DNA from: a virus
Reading direction: 5' to 3' (one strand)
IMG/VR virus record: IMGVR_UViG_3300035670_000028
Span: 83,187 to 147,186 of that record
DNA: 64,000 nt
Shown: in pieces, positions 48,028-57,603 of the stretch
Position numbering within the stretch: the stretch's first letter is position 1
Layout: each line of letters begins with the position of its first letter
Program-made: the position numbers and the translations under genes
The notes under the pieces: model-generated
The model's database searches: none
What the model saw: the letters and a program-made list of their open reading frames with translations, nothing else
What the model was told of the DNA's origin: nothing

Positions 48028-48279
48028 ATGTCATCATCTATGAAACGGGTAGCCAGGAAGCAGGAGCTTGCCAAGCGCAAAGCCGCAAGAAAGTCCATGC
48101 GTGTCATGGAGCGGGTGCTCAACAGCATGCCCAAGAACTGCTCACAGTGCAACAGAGAGTTTGATCCCAACGCGCCGAGGGCTCTTGACGAGTGGCGAGC
48201 AACAGTGTCGCCCACAGGTATATCTATAGCGTGCCCGCTTTGTTCCATCGCTCGCGGTGTACAGCAGGGCAGTTTGTGA
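48028..48279 (+). CDS. Small basic C4 zinc-binding protein
   Basis: CSQC...CPLC. Confidence 0.65.
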   Translation: MSSSMKRVARKQELAKRKAARKSMRVMERVLNSMPKNCSQCNREFDPNAPRALDEWRATVSPTGISIACPLCSIARGVQQGSL

Positions 48280-48341
48280 TATACTGATGCACTGTAGAAC
48301 GCTGAAGGTTTTCGCCTGCGCGACGCTACCAAGAGGAATAA

Positions 48342-48728
48342 ATGAAGTGTTTCAAGTACACTAATAGGCCCAAGTCCTATATCACAGTGAAGCTGCTTCA
48401 CGAGCCGCACGGCGAGGGGACAGACTCTGTCGTCTCAATCGGATGCACGCTCAAGGGTGACATGCAGAATCCAACGTGGAAGGTGCATGTTCCTGTCGAC
48501 CTCGCTGAGTCTGTGGGCCAGGAGCTCGTTCGTATCGCTCGAGCGGCCCGAGAAGAGAAGTCAAAGGCAGGCGCCCAGATAACACGAGCTCCTGTCCTGC
48601 GAAAGTGTGAGGATCCTTCGCCACCGGAGCAGAGAGCTGTGCCTCTCACACCGGATGAGATGAAGGCACACACTGACAAGGCTGTTGACGAGGGACGTGT
48701 CGTGAAGCGATCGAAGAGGGAGAGCTGA
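48342..48728 (+). CDS. Hypothetical protein
   Basis: GAGGA SD. Confidence 0.65.
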   Translation: MKCFKYTNRPKSYITVKLLHEPHGEGTDSVVSIGCTLKGDMQNPTWKVHVPVDLAESVGQELVRIARAAREEKSKAGAQITRAPVLRKCEDPSPPEQRAVPLTPDEMKAHTDKAVDEGRVVKRSKRES

Positions 48729-49067
48729 ATGCAGAAGAAGAAACTCGAAGTTCCTGTTAATCTGAACGAGGTGAAGGAGCATGAGGGGTTTGTGCTGGGT
48801 GAGACTGTCTACTGCCTCCGCTACCCTGACAAGCAGGCCTCGAGGGGCGAGATCTCACAGATCCACCTGGGTGAGCCTGTGGGACCGTACATCACCTACA
48901 GCTGTGAGGCGACTGGCCAGTTTAGGAAAGCACTCCTCTCCGAGACCTACAAGGAGCCACCAGTTAAAGTCAAATCAGACGCTGAGAAGTTTATTGCAAA
49001 GTCCCTTCGAAAGGATCAGGCCCACGCGCTCAAGCTCAAGGAGAAGGAGAAAGAGAAGGGCAAATGA
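48729..49067 (+). CDS. SH3-like hypothetical protein
   Basis: FVLGETVY...GEI. Confidence 0.6.
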   Translation: MQKKKLEVPVNLNEVKEHEGFVLGETVYCLRYPDKQASRGEISQIHLGEPVGPYITYSCEATGQFRKALLSETYKEPPVKVKSDAEKFIAKSLRKDQAHALKLKEKEKEKGK

Positions 49068-49279
49068 GAGTCGGCTCTCTTGTTAAAATGTCACCCAATG
49101 TGGGCGACGTATTGAATAGAGATCATCCTTTTTGCGGTCTGATATTCGATATCGAAAGAGGATTCTATAAGCGTAAGGGAAGTCCTTCATCTGACCGTGT
49201 GCACGTTCTGTGGTGCAACGGAGAGATTTCTGCTTGTCCCTGTGTCTGCGTTTTGGATATAAATCAGGAGAATGACTAA
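49064..49279 (+). CDS. Small SH3/KOW-like protein
   Basis: MRVGSLV...GLI...VLW..G. Confidence 0.6.
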   Translation: MRVGSLVKMSPNVGDVLNRDHPFCGLIFDIERGFYKRKGSPSSDRVHVLWCNGEISACPCVCVLDINQEND

Positions 49280-49455
49280 TGCTCTATGAATATGTGTGTA
49301 AGCGGTGTGACAGAGAGTTTGTTGAGGAGCAAAAGATGTCCGATCCCAAGATCGAGACGTGTGAGAAGTGCGGTGGGAGTGTTGAGCGCCAGATATCTGG
49401 CGCGCCCCTGTTCATCCTTAAGGGATCGGGTTGGTACAAGGACGGATACAAATGA
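49279..49455 (+). CDS. FmdB-family zinc ribbon protein, 58 aa (not in ORF track)
   Basis: MLYEYVCKRC...CEKCGG...LKGSGWY. Confidence 0.85.
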   Translation: MLYEYVCKRCDREFVEEQKMSDPKIETCEKCGGSVERQISGAPLFILKGSGWYKDGYK

Positions 49456-50180
49456 GCGTCCTCTGGCGTGATATATCACTCAGCGATCGGCTCGGAAGCC
49501 GACGTCTCATCGAACCATCTGAGTACGCTCGCATGCGAGTTAAGCAGAACGTGATCGCGCAGGAGAGTGAGTGTGGATATCAGCGCCAGACGGGCAGGAC
49601 TTTTCGAATGATGCTGCGTGTGATGGAGAACGCAAACAGGGGCAAGAGGACCCTAATTGTTGTGCACTCCAAGTCACAGAGCCGCATGCTGCACGAGCTG
49701 GCGAAGGACTGGATTGACCAGCTTGCCATTCAAGCGTCAGGTGCGAAGGAGTACAACAGCGGCTACCACATCATTGGAAAGGTTGCATCGAGCGGCCCAC
49801 TCATCAGCATTATGACAGCCGACCTGGGTGCCTTCGGCGGCGCCTCGTATGACTTCACTGTGGTTGACAATGCCATCACCGACATGTTCTACATGGGATA
49901 CAAGTCACCTCCACAGGGGCTGATCGACATGATGCTCAAACTGCAGAGCGTGCGTAATAGTGATGCCGCCCAGGAGGATGAGTTGATCTCGTCAGATGGG
50001 TCTCCTTGGCAGTCCGGTGACCTGTTCATGATGTCTGGCGCTAACGTGGTAGGCACTCTGCTGTCAGTTGACCGAGTTGGGGGCATACCTATCGGTCTCA
50101 AGGTGCTGTACGATCAGAACATGCTGCACTTCCCTTGGGAAGCGCTAGACGTCTTTCACAAGGTATCGAGCATCAGCTGA
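49452..50180 (+). CDS. Hypothetical protein with degenerate P-loop and C-terminal SH3-like domain
   Basis: RQTGRT; WQSGDLF. Confidence 0.6.
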   Translation: MSVLWRDISLSDRLGSRRLIEPSEYARMRVKQNVIAQESECGYQRQTGRTFRMMLRVMENANRGKRTLIVVHSKSQSRMLHELAKDWIDQLAIQASGAKEYNSGYHIIGKVASSGPLISIMTADLGAFGGASYDFTVVDNAITDMFYMGYKSPPQGLIDMMLKLQSVRNSDAAQEDELISSDGSPWQSGDLFMMSGANVVGTLLSVDRVGGIPIGLKVLYDQNMLHFPWEALDVFHKVSSIS

Positions 50181-50200
50181 TCGTCTCTAGGAGAAATGAA

Positions 50201-50935
50201 ATGAGGCCAAGGGCATATCTGTTTTTAATAGCAGCAGTCACATTATTTTTAGTTCTTTTCACGTTCCTATCACATGCTCACAGTGAGACACGAGGGGTTA
50301 TCTACGTTCCTGATCAAGAGACTCTACCCGCTGAGGTACCCACTCCACCCATCTTTGATAACCTCACGCTGATAGCCAAGGAAGAGGATCCGAAGCCAGA
50401 TGTGCGAATTCCACGATTTCGCCAGATGCAGCTCGCGCTAGCGCGCATATGTGTGAGCGAGGCAGGGTTTCAGGTTCGCACCAATGACTGCAACTTGATC
50501 TATCAGGCGCTGCGCACGAGGAGCAGCACGGGAGAGATCACCCTGGCGATCATGCGGTCGTACTCCAGGCGAAGCTTCGATCGCACGAGGACCGACAGGC
50601 GCAGGTGGATCGCTCACCTAAACCATGAGTTTAGAGAGCCGTCCGGCTGGGAGATTATTTCAGTGCCTTGGAGCACGAGGCGTCAGGGATTCATCAACGT
50701 GTACGAGTACGCAGGTCGCCTGATTCGAACACGTCCTGCTAACAAGTGCGGTGTCCGGGTCGATCACTGGGGAGCACCAGGATTTAGGAGAGAAATGCAC
50801 CTCGAGCAGGGCTGGAGACTAGTTGAGTGCGGTGAGACGCTGAATGATTTCTGGACTATGCCAAGAAGAGAGCGACGCACATCACGAGTAAATAGAGAAG
50901 TGATATCACATTCAGCAGATTCTGCTTCGCACTGA
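50201..50935 (+). CDS. Membrane-anchored protein, weakly cell-wall-hydrolase-like
   Basis: N-terminal TM; LARICVSEAG. Confidence 0.55.
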   Translation: MRPRAYLFLIAAVTLFLVLFTFLSHAHSETRGVIYVPDQETLPAEVPTPPIFDNLTLIAKEEDPKPDVRIPRFRQMQLALARICVSEAGFQVRTNDCNLIYQALRTRSSTGEITLAIMRSYSRRSFDRTRTDRRRWIAHLNHEFREPSGWEIISVPWSTRRQGFINVYEYAGRLIRTRPANKCGVRVDHWGAPGFRREMHLEQGWRLVECGETLNDFWTMPRRERRTSRVNREVISHSADSASH

Positions 50936-50978
50936 GTGTAAATCTACTTTGATGTGTCTATAATTGTGGAGAGGACTT

Positions 50979-51461
50979 ATGAATGAAATTCTTGAGCGAG
51001 ATCTTTACCTGAAGTATCCGAAGATCTTTAGAATGGAAACATCCGGAAGCGATCAGGATAACTTTTGCTCGCTTGACGTGAGTGACGGGTGGTATGATCT
51101 CATCAGTGAGCTCTGCAGCTGTATTCAGCATCACATCGACTGGAAGAACTGTGAGGGAAAGTACGAGTCGCACAAGAAGCACAGGACATCCGAGGAGCTT
51201 GAGAAGAGTAGAGTACCACAGGTAGTCGCGACTCAGGTGAAGGAGAAGTTCGCAGGACTTCGATTCTACTATACGGGTGGCGACGACGAAATCAGCGGAA
51301 TGATCACTCTGGCTGAATCATTTTCTGCCAGAATCTGTGAGACCTGTGGCTCACCTGGCAGAAAATCGGGCCCTGGATGGATTCGCACACTCTGTAAGAA
51401 GCACGCAGAGGAAGAGGGCAGGAAGCATGGAGACGCAGAAGAGGATACCGAAAACGGGTGA
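50979..51461 (+). CDS. Phage hypothetical protein (QVKEKFxxLRFY type) with C-terminal zinc motif
   Basis: GW, KEKFAGLRFY, CETCG...TLC..H; GTGTAA-N17-TATAAT upstream. Confidence 0.75.
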   Translation: MNEILERDLYLKYPKIFRMETSGSDQDNFCSLDVSDGWYDLISELCSCIQHHIDWKNCEGKYESHKKHRTSEELEKSRVPQVVATQVKEKFAGLRFYYTGGDDEISGMITLAESFSARICETCGSPGRKSGPGWIRTLCKKHAEEEGRKHGDAEEDTENG

Positions 51462-51636
51462 TCTTGTTCGTCAGAAGAATTCGCTGAGAGGCGATTATAG
51501 ATACGGCCATGTTCTCACAACATCGTATCCTCACCGGGACGATGCAGAGTGGACTGATCACAAGGTCTTCTGGTATGACGGCGGTGATGTGGCCTTTGAG
51601 TGGTGCGGACACCTGGAGGTGGTGAGCGATGAGTGA
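51427..51636 (+). CDS. Small SH3/KOW-like protein
   Basis: PKTGDLV...LEVV. Confidence 0.65.
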   Translation: METQKRIPKTGDLVRQKNSLRGDYRYGHVLTTSYPHRDDAEWTDHKVFWYDGGDVAFEWCGHLEVVSDE

Positions 51637-52006
51637 GCTAGACAGACACCTCGATGTGTACGATGACTACCACATTGGTGGGTACCCACGCCGTCTACCC
51701 ATAGACAAAAACCCGCCACTAGCCAAATGTGCAAAGCCATTCGATCTGCAGATCGGAGATCTTGTCTGCTGGGCAGGCACCCCTGGCAAGAACAAGCATC
51801 ATGACTGGTGGGTTAGACGATTTGGTGAGAACCCTATGGGAATAGTTCTAGACACTAGGTGGATGCTCTCAGACTGGGATCAGAAGGGCGTCACACTAAA
51901 TATTGCAGAGTGGCGCTATGTCGCAGAGGCTGCGATCATGTGGAGTAATGGTGAGCTCACGAACTCCTCGTTTGGTGCACTCAAGAGGAAGAGCCGAGCA
52001 AAGTAG
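51629..52006 (+). CDS. SH3/KOW-like protein
   Basis: LQIGDLV...GIV. Confidence 0.65.
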   Translation: MSELDRHLDVYDDYHIGGYPRRLPIDKNPPLAKCAKPFDLQIGDLVCWAGTPGKNKHHDWWVRRFGENPMGIVLDTRWMLSDWDQKGVTLNIAEWRYVAEAAIMWSNGELTNSSFGALKRKSRAK

Positions 52007-52056
52007 CCTGTACAACTGCGATCAGATGAATACTTATAGAGTGAAGGAGCTCTTGA

Positions 52057-52221
52057 GTGAGATACACTGAGGAGACATTCGAGGAGATCCAAAAGGACGG
52101 CAGTATCGTCCTACGCAAAGTGATTGTCCCCGTATACGTCCCAGTTGACCAGGAAATAAGCCAAGAGCGGGATAGAGGGCTGTTCGAGATACAAATCTGG
52201 GGAAACCCTTCAGCTGACTAG
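52057..52221 (+). CDS. 54-aa hypothetical protein (not in ORF track)
   Basis: AAGGAG SD; ATACTTA at 52030. Confidence 0.55.
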   Translation: MRYTEETFEEIQKDGSIVLRKVIVPVYVPVDQEISQERDRGLFEIQIWGNPSAD

Positions 52222-52229
52222 GCACGTGG

Positions 52230-52502
52230 ATGAGTTCGAAGCCTGAGAGAGATGTGCTGCCCCCCATGTGGCGCACTGGGGACCTGGTCATCATCAAAAT
52301 GGGAGACACAGGCGTTGAGGCTCCTGGCATCATCATTGAGACCTCGCGCGAGTGGATCAACCACATTGGCGGCGAGTGGTGCCACACTGCTCTCTGCCAG
52401 GGTGTCCTTCACAAGATAATAGAGAGCTTCTCGAAGCCGACACGGATTGTTCGAAGAGTGACTGACACATCGGAGGAGTTTTGGGACAAAGTAAGAAGAT
52501 AG
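52230..52502 (+). CDS. Small SH3/KOW-like protein
   Basis: WRTGDLV...GII. Confidence 0.6.
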   Translation: MSSKPERDVLPPMWRTGDLVIIKMGDTGVEAPGIIIETSREWINHIGGEWCHTALCQGVLHKIIESFSKPTRIVRRVTDTSEEFWDKVRR

Positions 52503-52702
52503 GCTTGGGCTCACTGGTTCAGATCGACCTCGATCCTCCCGATATGAAGACTCGTGTGGGTGTTGTGACCGACGTGATAAAAGTACTTCATCCCAGCTGG
52601 GACGAGCACCACGAGATAAAGACAGACTCGTATGAGGTGCTTGTCGATGGCGAGAAGATGATTATACACGGCATTAAGCGCCTCAGGCTAGTGGAGCGGT
52701 GA
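52481..52702 (+). CDS. Small SH3/KOW-like protein
   Basis: GLGSLV...GVV...YEVLVDG...LRLV; GGAGG SD. Confidence 0.65.
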   Translation: MGQSKKIGLGSLVQIDLDPPDMKTRVGVVTDVIKVLHPSWDEHHEIKTDSYEVLVDGEKMIIHGIKRLRLVER

Positions 52703-52911
52703 CACATGCACATCTGCCACGAGGAGATACTCGCGCTCCTATCCATCGTGCCGCTCGTCTCAGTCCACGTCCCTAAGCTCAGGGCCTGGATCCACAGGCG
52801 CCTTCGCGGGCGCTGCAAGCATTAATGCTTGCTCTCATCGAGAATAGATACATTTGTACACATCTGAGTATAATGTGGTTCCCTTAGTTGGGAAACGAAA
52901 GGTTATTAGAT

Positions 52912-53184
52912 ATGCAGAAGATTAGTTTTATGTTTGCGTTCGTTCTTGCTCTCTTCGTGGGTTGCAGTACTGCCGGTAATGAAGTCGACGCAGGCTGCAC
53001 GTCCTGCGCGCCCGCTGCAGCACCGGCGGCCACAGAGCCCGCTTCCGAGGCCGCGCCTGCCGCAGAGGTGCCCGCCGTTGAGGCTGCTCCAGTCGTTGAG
53101 AGCGTCGCACCCAATGATGCCGTCGTCGCCTCAGAGGCGCCAGCCCCTGAGGCCGCGCCTGCTGTGTCTGTAGAGACGCACTGA
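52912..53184 (+). CDS. Ala/Pro/Glu-rich lipoprotein
   Basis: Signal peptide with LFVG-C lipobox. Confidence 0.7.
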   Translation: MQKISFMFAFVLALFVGCSTAGNEVDAGCTSCAPAAAPAATEPASEAAPAAEVPAVEAAPVVESVAPNDAVVASEAPAPEAAPAVSVETH

Positions 53185-53205
53185 TAGCTCAGCGATCACA
53201 AGTTG

Positions 53206-53243
53206 GAAGGGCGTCCGGCTAGAGTCGGGCGCCCTTTCGATTT
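53206..53243 (+). terminator. Intrinsic terminator-like hairpin
   Basis: GAAGGGCGTCCGGC-TAGA-GTCGGGCGCCCTTTC. Confidence 0.75.
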
Positions 53244-53254
53244 AATGAGAGATC

Positions 53255-53551
53255 ATGACTGTTAACATGCAGCCAGGCGATCTGGTCAGGATTCTAGACG
53301 AGCACAGTAATTTGCTCGCTGTGGGTTTATACCTTGGAAGGGTTGTGCCTGAGCACGAAGGTATTACTTACGAGGAACTGCAGGAGGACCTATACGAATT
53401 CCGCAAGGAACAGAGGACTAGTCCCTTTTTCTACTCGGTGCCAATGGCATGGCACCATCGAGTCATCGTTGGCGGCAGAGTGACGCACCTAAACACTTCT
53501 TTCTTCACCCTGTTGCCTATTATGGACGATGAGAGTGAGTCTCCTGTGTAA
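53255..53551 (+). CDS. SH3/KOW-like protein
   Basis: MQPGDLVRI. Confidence 0.65.
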   Translation: MTVNMQPGDLVRILDEHSNLLAVGLYLGRVVPEHEGITYEELQEDLYEFRKEQRTSPFFYSVPMAWHHRVIVGGRVTHLNTSFFTLLPIMDDESESPV

Positions 53552-53580
53552 ATCTGGAAGCCCTGAGATATATTCTGAGC

Positions 53581-53913
53581 ATGACAGAGCAAGCTATCGA
53601 TAGACAACCTGAGCGGCGCCTCGCCCGCACAATCGCGCATGCGGTCGTGATGCACCTCCAAGATGAGTCAGGTGATGGTGACGCACACCTCACCATCAGC
53701 GACAGGTCCATGGCCTACGAGGTGAGGGAAGAGATCCTCAAGGAGTGCAAGTGGCTGAAGGACTGCACCGGGCTCATTACCCCTCCAGAGGGTGGCTCAT
53801 TCTTTATTCTTCTGTCTGACCAGTCGAATGAGAACATCACTATCACCGACAACATCAGCCTCGAGGTGCCCAGCTGGGTGGGCCTGAGAATTCGACACGG
53901 ACACTGGCGATGA
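53581..53913 (+). CDS. Hypothetical protein, probably leaderless
   Basis: ATG 6 nt after GTGTAA-N17-TATATT. Confidence 0.65.
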   Translation: MTEQAIDRQPERRLARTIAHAVVMHLQDESGDGDAHLTISDRSMAYEVREEILKECKWLKDCTGLITPPEGGSFFILLSDQSNENITITDNISLEVPSWVGLRIRHGHWR

Positions 53914-54122
53914 TAGACGAGGGTGATCTGGTTCGCCCCCGATTCACCAACGCCTTTCAGTCAGGGACGTCGGGCGCCTACAAAGTCACAGTGAATGATG
54001 TGGGCCTGGTCACTTTTGTGCAGCGCCCCGAAGATCGCCCCCGCGACGTCCTGTGTCTATTTAAGGAGCGCGCCTCCTGGTGGCATGTTGATGAGCTGGA
54101 GGTCGTGAGTGACAGAGGGTGA
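53910..54122 (+). CDS. Small SH3/KOW-like protein
   Basis: IDEGDLV...GLV...ELEVV. Confidence 0.65.
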   Translation: MIDEGDLVRPRFTNAFQSGTSGAYKVTVNDVGLVTFVQRPEDRPRDVLCLFKERASWWHVDELEVVSDRG

Positions 54123-54330
54123 ACTCGTGATGTACGGTCCGGAGTACACTCGATACATCGAGAAGTATCCGAGGCGAGACGGCCTGAGGGACCGCACTCA
54201 CGATGTGATGATAATTGTGAGGGGAAAATTCCCAGACGCAAAGCTTGACCTGGTCCTCGTCCTGGGGAACGGCGAGATATTTCCAACACACCTCCACTGG
54301 CTTGTCCCAGCGTGTGAGAATACTGTATGA
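54109..54330 (+). CDS. Small SH3/KOW-like protein
   Basis: TEGELV. Confidence 0.55.
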   Translation: MTEGELVMYGPEYTRYIEKYPRRDGLRDRTHDVMIIVRGKFPDAKLDLVLVLGNGEIFPTHLHWLVPACENTV

Positions 54331-54428
54331 TTTGCTAGTCATACTTTTGTATGACAAGTGAGCATGACAGGTGAGAATAAAGTCATCAACGCTGTGCAAT
54401 GATCCGCTGCCTATGTTATACTGATAGC

Positions 54429-54659
54429 ATGGCAATCAAACAACTGCAGAAGCGAACCGGCAAGATCGAGATCGACCTCACAGGCCCACAGGGGAACGCC
54501 TTTGTGCTCCTCGGTCTGGCAGAACGGCTCGGTCGGCAGATGGGCTACACGGCCCGGCAGATCGAGCTCATCCAGGACGAGATGCGGCTCGCTGACTACG
54601 AGTGCCTGCTGCAAACCTTCGACCGAGAGTTCGGTCACATTGTTGATCTCTACCGCTGA
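54429..54659 (+). CDS. Phage hypothetical protein (GPxGNAF), probably leaderless
   Basis: ATG 6 nt after GTGCAA-N17-TATACT. Confidence 0.75.
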   Translation: MAIKQLQKRTGKIEIDLTGPQGNAFVLLGLAERLGRQMGYTARQIELIQDEMRLADYECLLQTFDREFGHIVDLYR

Positions 54660-54667
54660 GGTGATAC

Positions 54668-55246
54668 ATGGGAATCGGAAAAATCGAACTGTCTGAAGCG
54701 CAGGGTGTGGCCCAGCGCGTCCTGAAGCACATCTCTCCCGCCATGGAGCGGATCGAGGTGGCTGGTTCCATCAGGCGTGGCAAGCCCGTGGTGGGTGACA
54801 TTGAGCTCGTGGGGATCCCATCCAATCGGGCCCGTCTCATCCGACTCCTGGGCGAGACCGGCGCCCACATCAAGCCCGGAGTTCCTGGGGCGGTGCCCTG
54901 GGATCCCAAGGAGGACGCGAAGTACATGCGTGTCCGCCTCGCCGAGGGCATGAACCTGGACCTGTTCCTTGCCTCCCACGAGAACTGGGGCGGACTGTAT
55001 CTCATGCGCACAGGCGGCGCAACTGGACCCGATGGGAGCTCCTTCTCTGGGTTCGTTCCCGGCATGTTCGGACGGTGGAAGAAGCTGTCGGGCGGCGGCC
55101 GAATGACCGGATGCCAGCCTACCACGAAGGACGGCGAGCAGCTGCCCCTCCGCGAGGAGCAGGACTTCTTCGATCTCCTCGGCATGGGGTTCGTGCCCCC
55201 GGAGGAGCGGGTCTCGAAGGCTGTGATCAAGAAGTACGCTCGCTGA
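54668..55246 (+). CDS. Minimal DNA polymerase X family protein
   Basis: AGSIRR...GDIE, D, TG, E...F..LG.....PEER. Confidence 0.8.
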   Translation: MGIGKIELSEAQGVAQRVLKHISPAMERIEVAGSIRRGKPVVGDIELVGIPSNRARLIRLLGETGAHIKPGVPGAVPWDPKEDAKYMRVRLAEGMNLDLFLASHENWGGLYLMRTGGATGPDGSSFSGFVPGMFGRWKKLSGGGRMTGCQPTTKDGEQLPLREEQDFFDLLGMGFVPPEERVSKAVIKKYAR

Positions 55247-55261
55247 GCGGAGGAGAGAGAA

Positions 55262-55747
55262 ATGGCTGAGTTCAAGATTACGGATCCTGAGATCATCAGG
55301 AAGCTCGATGCCCTCACGGAGGCGCAGCGGCAGGCGGTGGCAGATCAGCTCGAGGCCGATCTGAGGGCTGTGCACTCGGTTGTGGCAGAGGCGAAGGCAG
55401 CAATGGGTGCCCCCGCTCCCTGGAACCTGTTCCTCGATGATCTCCGGGATCCTCCCCCAGGCCGCGAGTGGGTGGTGTGCAGGAGCACCGAGGAGGCCCT
55501 GGCCGCTGTGGCTGAGAGGGGCATGCCCACCTTCGCCTCCCTGGATCACGATCTGGGAGGCGATGATACCACCATGGTGTTCCTCCGGCGGCTCGCTGCC
55601 GAGCACTGGGATGGGAGTTCCCCGCCCCCGGAGAGCGTGGTTCACAGCGCGAACCCGGTGGGAAAGATGAACATCATCTCCTTCATGGATAGCTGGCGGC
55701 GGAGCAGCTCGTTCATCCAGGGCCTCGGGCCCCGGGGTGGAGAGTGA
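55262..55747 (+). CDS. Receiver-like domain (cyclic-phosphate-processing type)
   Basis: LFLDDLR, SLDHDLG, HSANPVG. Confidence 0.8.
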   Translation: MAEFKITDPEIIRKLDALTEAQRQAVADQLEADLRAVHSVVAEAKAAMGAPAPWNLFLDDLRDPPPGREWVVCRSTEEALAAVAERGMPTFASLDHDLGGDDTTMVFLRRLAAEHWDGSSPPPESVVHSANPVGKMNIISFMDSWRRSSSFIQGLGPRGGE

Positions 55748-55756
55748 GGAGCAGCA

Positions 55757-56065
55757 ATGAGTAACACCTCAGAGTTCTACATCATCAACGATCGCTTTGC
55801 CGGCGAAATCCTCACCCAGTTCGATTACAACGATTCAGATGAGTGGCAGTGGGATGGCGATCACATCCTCGAAGATAGTGGCATTGAAGCGATCAACCGC
55901 TCTGCTCGTTTCGCCACAAGGGAGGAAGCAGCCAAGGCTCGGGATATCGTTGAGGTAGTTTTCAATCTGAATGGCATTCCAAAAAGCGAAAATGATTTCA
56001 TCGTGCTGAAGATCACATCCACAGTTAAGATCACTGAGGCTCTCGTTAACGAGGTTGAGCAATGA
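55757..56065 (+). CDS. Hypothetical acidic protein
   Basis: GAGGAG SD. Confidence 0.65.
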   Translation: MSNTSEFYIINDRFAGEILTQFDYNDSDEWQWDGDHILEDSGIEAINRSARFATREEAAKARDIVEVVFNLNGIPKSENDFIVLKITSTVKITEALVNEVEQ

Positions 56066-56541
56066 GCTGCAATACTGTTAGGCTCTGCCTGGGAGAGCGA
56101 AATGTGGGCCAGTTTGGCCTGAAGAATGTGGTGTGCGTGTTCGATCCACCGGAGCACGCACGGGCAGCGTACAAGGGAACGCCCCTCACTCCCGGTGAGA
56201 TATACCTCTACCTGGGCGAGATCTCGAACATGCCTGGCCATGGCGCATTCGCCACCAGCAAGGGCCAGGTGCTGTGGGGCTACCACACCGAGAACTTCTG
56301 GGTGGTGCTCGAGGGCGTGCAGATCGCAGCAGGCTCAGATCAGCACGGCTCAGAAACCCTCGATATCGATGAGCAGCACTACGAGCCTGAGCCCGAGGAG
56401 CCGGGCGTTGAGATCACCGAGGCAGAGGAGCGCGGGATCCGGTGGGCAATGGAGCTCATGGATCGCGCTGGGATCGGCGGAGGCTCGCTGGGGGATGCTG
56501 ATGAGCTCGCGGAGAGGATGCGCAAGGAGGGATTCAAGTGA
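56062..56541 (+). CDS. Hypothetical protein
   Basis: LGEISNMPGH...GYHT motif; coupled. Confidence 0.65.
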   Translation: MSCNTVRLCLGERNVGQFGLKNVVCVFDPPEHARAAYKGTPLTPGEIYLYLGEISNMPGHGAFATSKGQVLWGYHTENFWVVLEGVQIAAGSDQHGSETLDIDEQHYEPEPEEPGVEITEAEERGIRWAMELMDRAGIGGGSLGDADELAERMRKEGFK

Positions 56542-56589
56542 GGCCGCTTCCCTGATACACTCGGCCTCCTGAGCTTACAATGGAGGCAC

Positions 56590-57597
56590 ATGGATTACTC
56601 GAACTTTCTCACAATCGCTGCAGTTGGTGGATCCCTCGTATCGGCATGGGCGGTGCTCAAGTACGCGCTCCTGGGAACCTACCGGCTCAACAGCGATTCT
56701 GCCAGGAGGTTCCTCGATCGCATTAAGCGGGATTCAACATGGACCTGGGAGTTGGGCACCGAGCTCACCGTAGATCCAAAGTATCCTCTGGTGCACGAGA
56801 CACTGGCAGTGCTGCAGGGCATGCCCATCTTCTTCTCGAAGGTGGAGCGGCTCCTGACAGCAGGGTGGCAGGGTAAGGAGGAGATGTGCACCGTTACATT
56901 CCTCAGGTGGCACCGCACGAGGATGCTGCAGTACCTCACGAGAGAGATCACGCACAGCGCCATCACTGTCTCTGCTCTATCACCTGGGTGTGTTGATCGG
57001 CTGGGCGAGCTCGAGCCGGGTGGAATGAAAGAGTTCTTCCTGAACGAGGGGAGCTACGAGGACATTGAGGCTGATGTGGCCCAGGTTGCCCTGGGAGGTC
57101 TGAAGCGCACGAGCATGCTCCTGTACGGGCCACCCGGGAACGGCAAGACGAACTTCATCAGGCAGCTCGCCAGGAAGTACTCACTCCCGATCTACGTGAT
57201 CTACTTCAGTCCGGACTACAACAACCTCGATATTGCCCGCATGTTCTCAGAGGTGCCGAGGAGGTGTATCATCCTGTTCGAGGACTTCGACAACTACTTC
57301 GATGGCCGCACGTGCACCATGAAGAATGATCAGGTGAAGTTCACCTTCGACTCGATCATCAATGCCCTGGATGGCGTGCACAATGATTACAGGGGTGTGG
57401 TGTTCGCCATGACCGCGAACAATATCGACAGGATCGATCCTTCCCTGAAGTGCCGCCCATCCCGATTCAAGTTCGTGCGCGAGTTCGGAAATCCAGACCG
57501 GAAGCTCCGTGAGCGGATCCTGGGCTCTGCCGAGCGGGCAGAGGAGACTGAGGGCCTCTCCTTGGATGCGGTGTTCAACAGTCGAGAGAAGGCTTGA
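56590..57597 (+). CDS. Membrane-anchored AAA+ ATPase (BCS1-like)
   Basis: N-terminal TM, GPPGNGKT, ILFEDFD, N.LDG, TAN...D..L..RPSR. Confidence 0.88.
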   Translation: MDYSNFLTIAAVGGSLVSAWAVLKYALLGTYRLNSDSARRFLDRIKRDSTWTWELGTELTVDPKYPLVHETLAVLQGMPIFFSKVERLLTAGWQGKEEMCTVTFLRWHRTRMLQYLTREITHSAITVSALSPGCVDRLGELEPGGMKEFFLNEGSYEDIEADVAQVALGGLKRTSMLLYGPPGNGKTNFIRQLARKYSLPIYVIYFSPDYNNLDIARMFSEVPRRCIILFEDFDNYFDGRTCTMKNDQVKFTFDSIINALDGVHNDYRGVVFAMTANNIDRIDPSLKCRPSRFKFVREFGNPDRKLRERILGSAERAEETEGLSLDAVFNSREKA

Positions 57598-57603
57598 CGA
57601 CAA

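Noticed and set aside
3629-55645. Long antisense ORFs (e.g. 3629-4615, 4347-5249, 14466-15263, 54650-55645)
   Set aside because: They shadow well-supported + strand genes and lack motifs or SDs.
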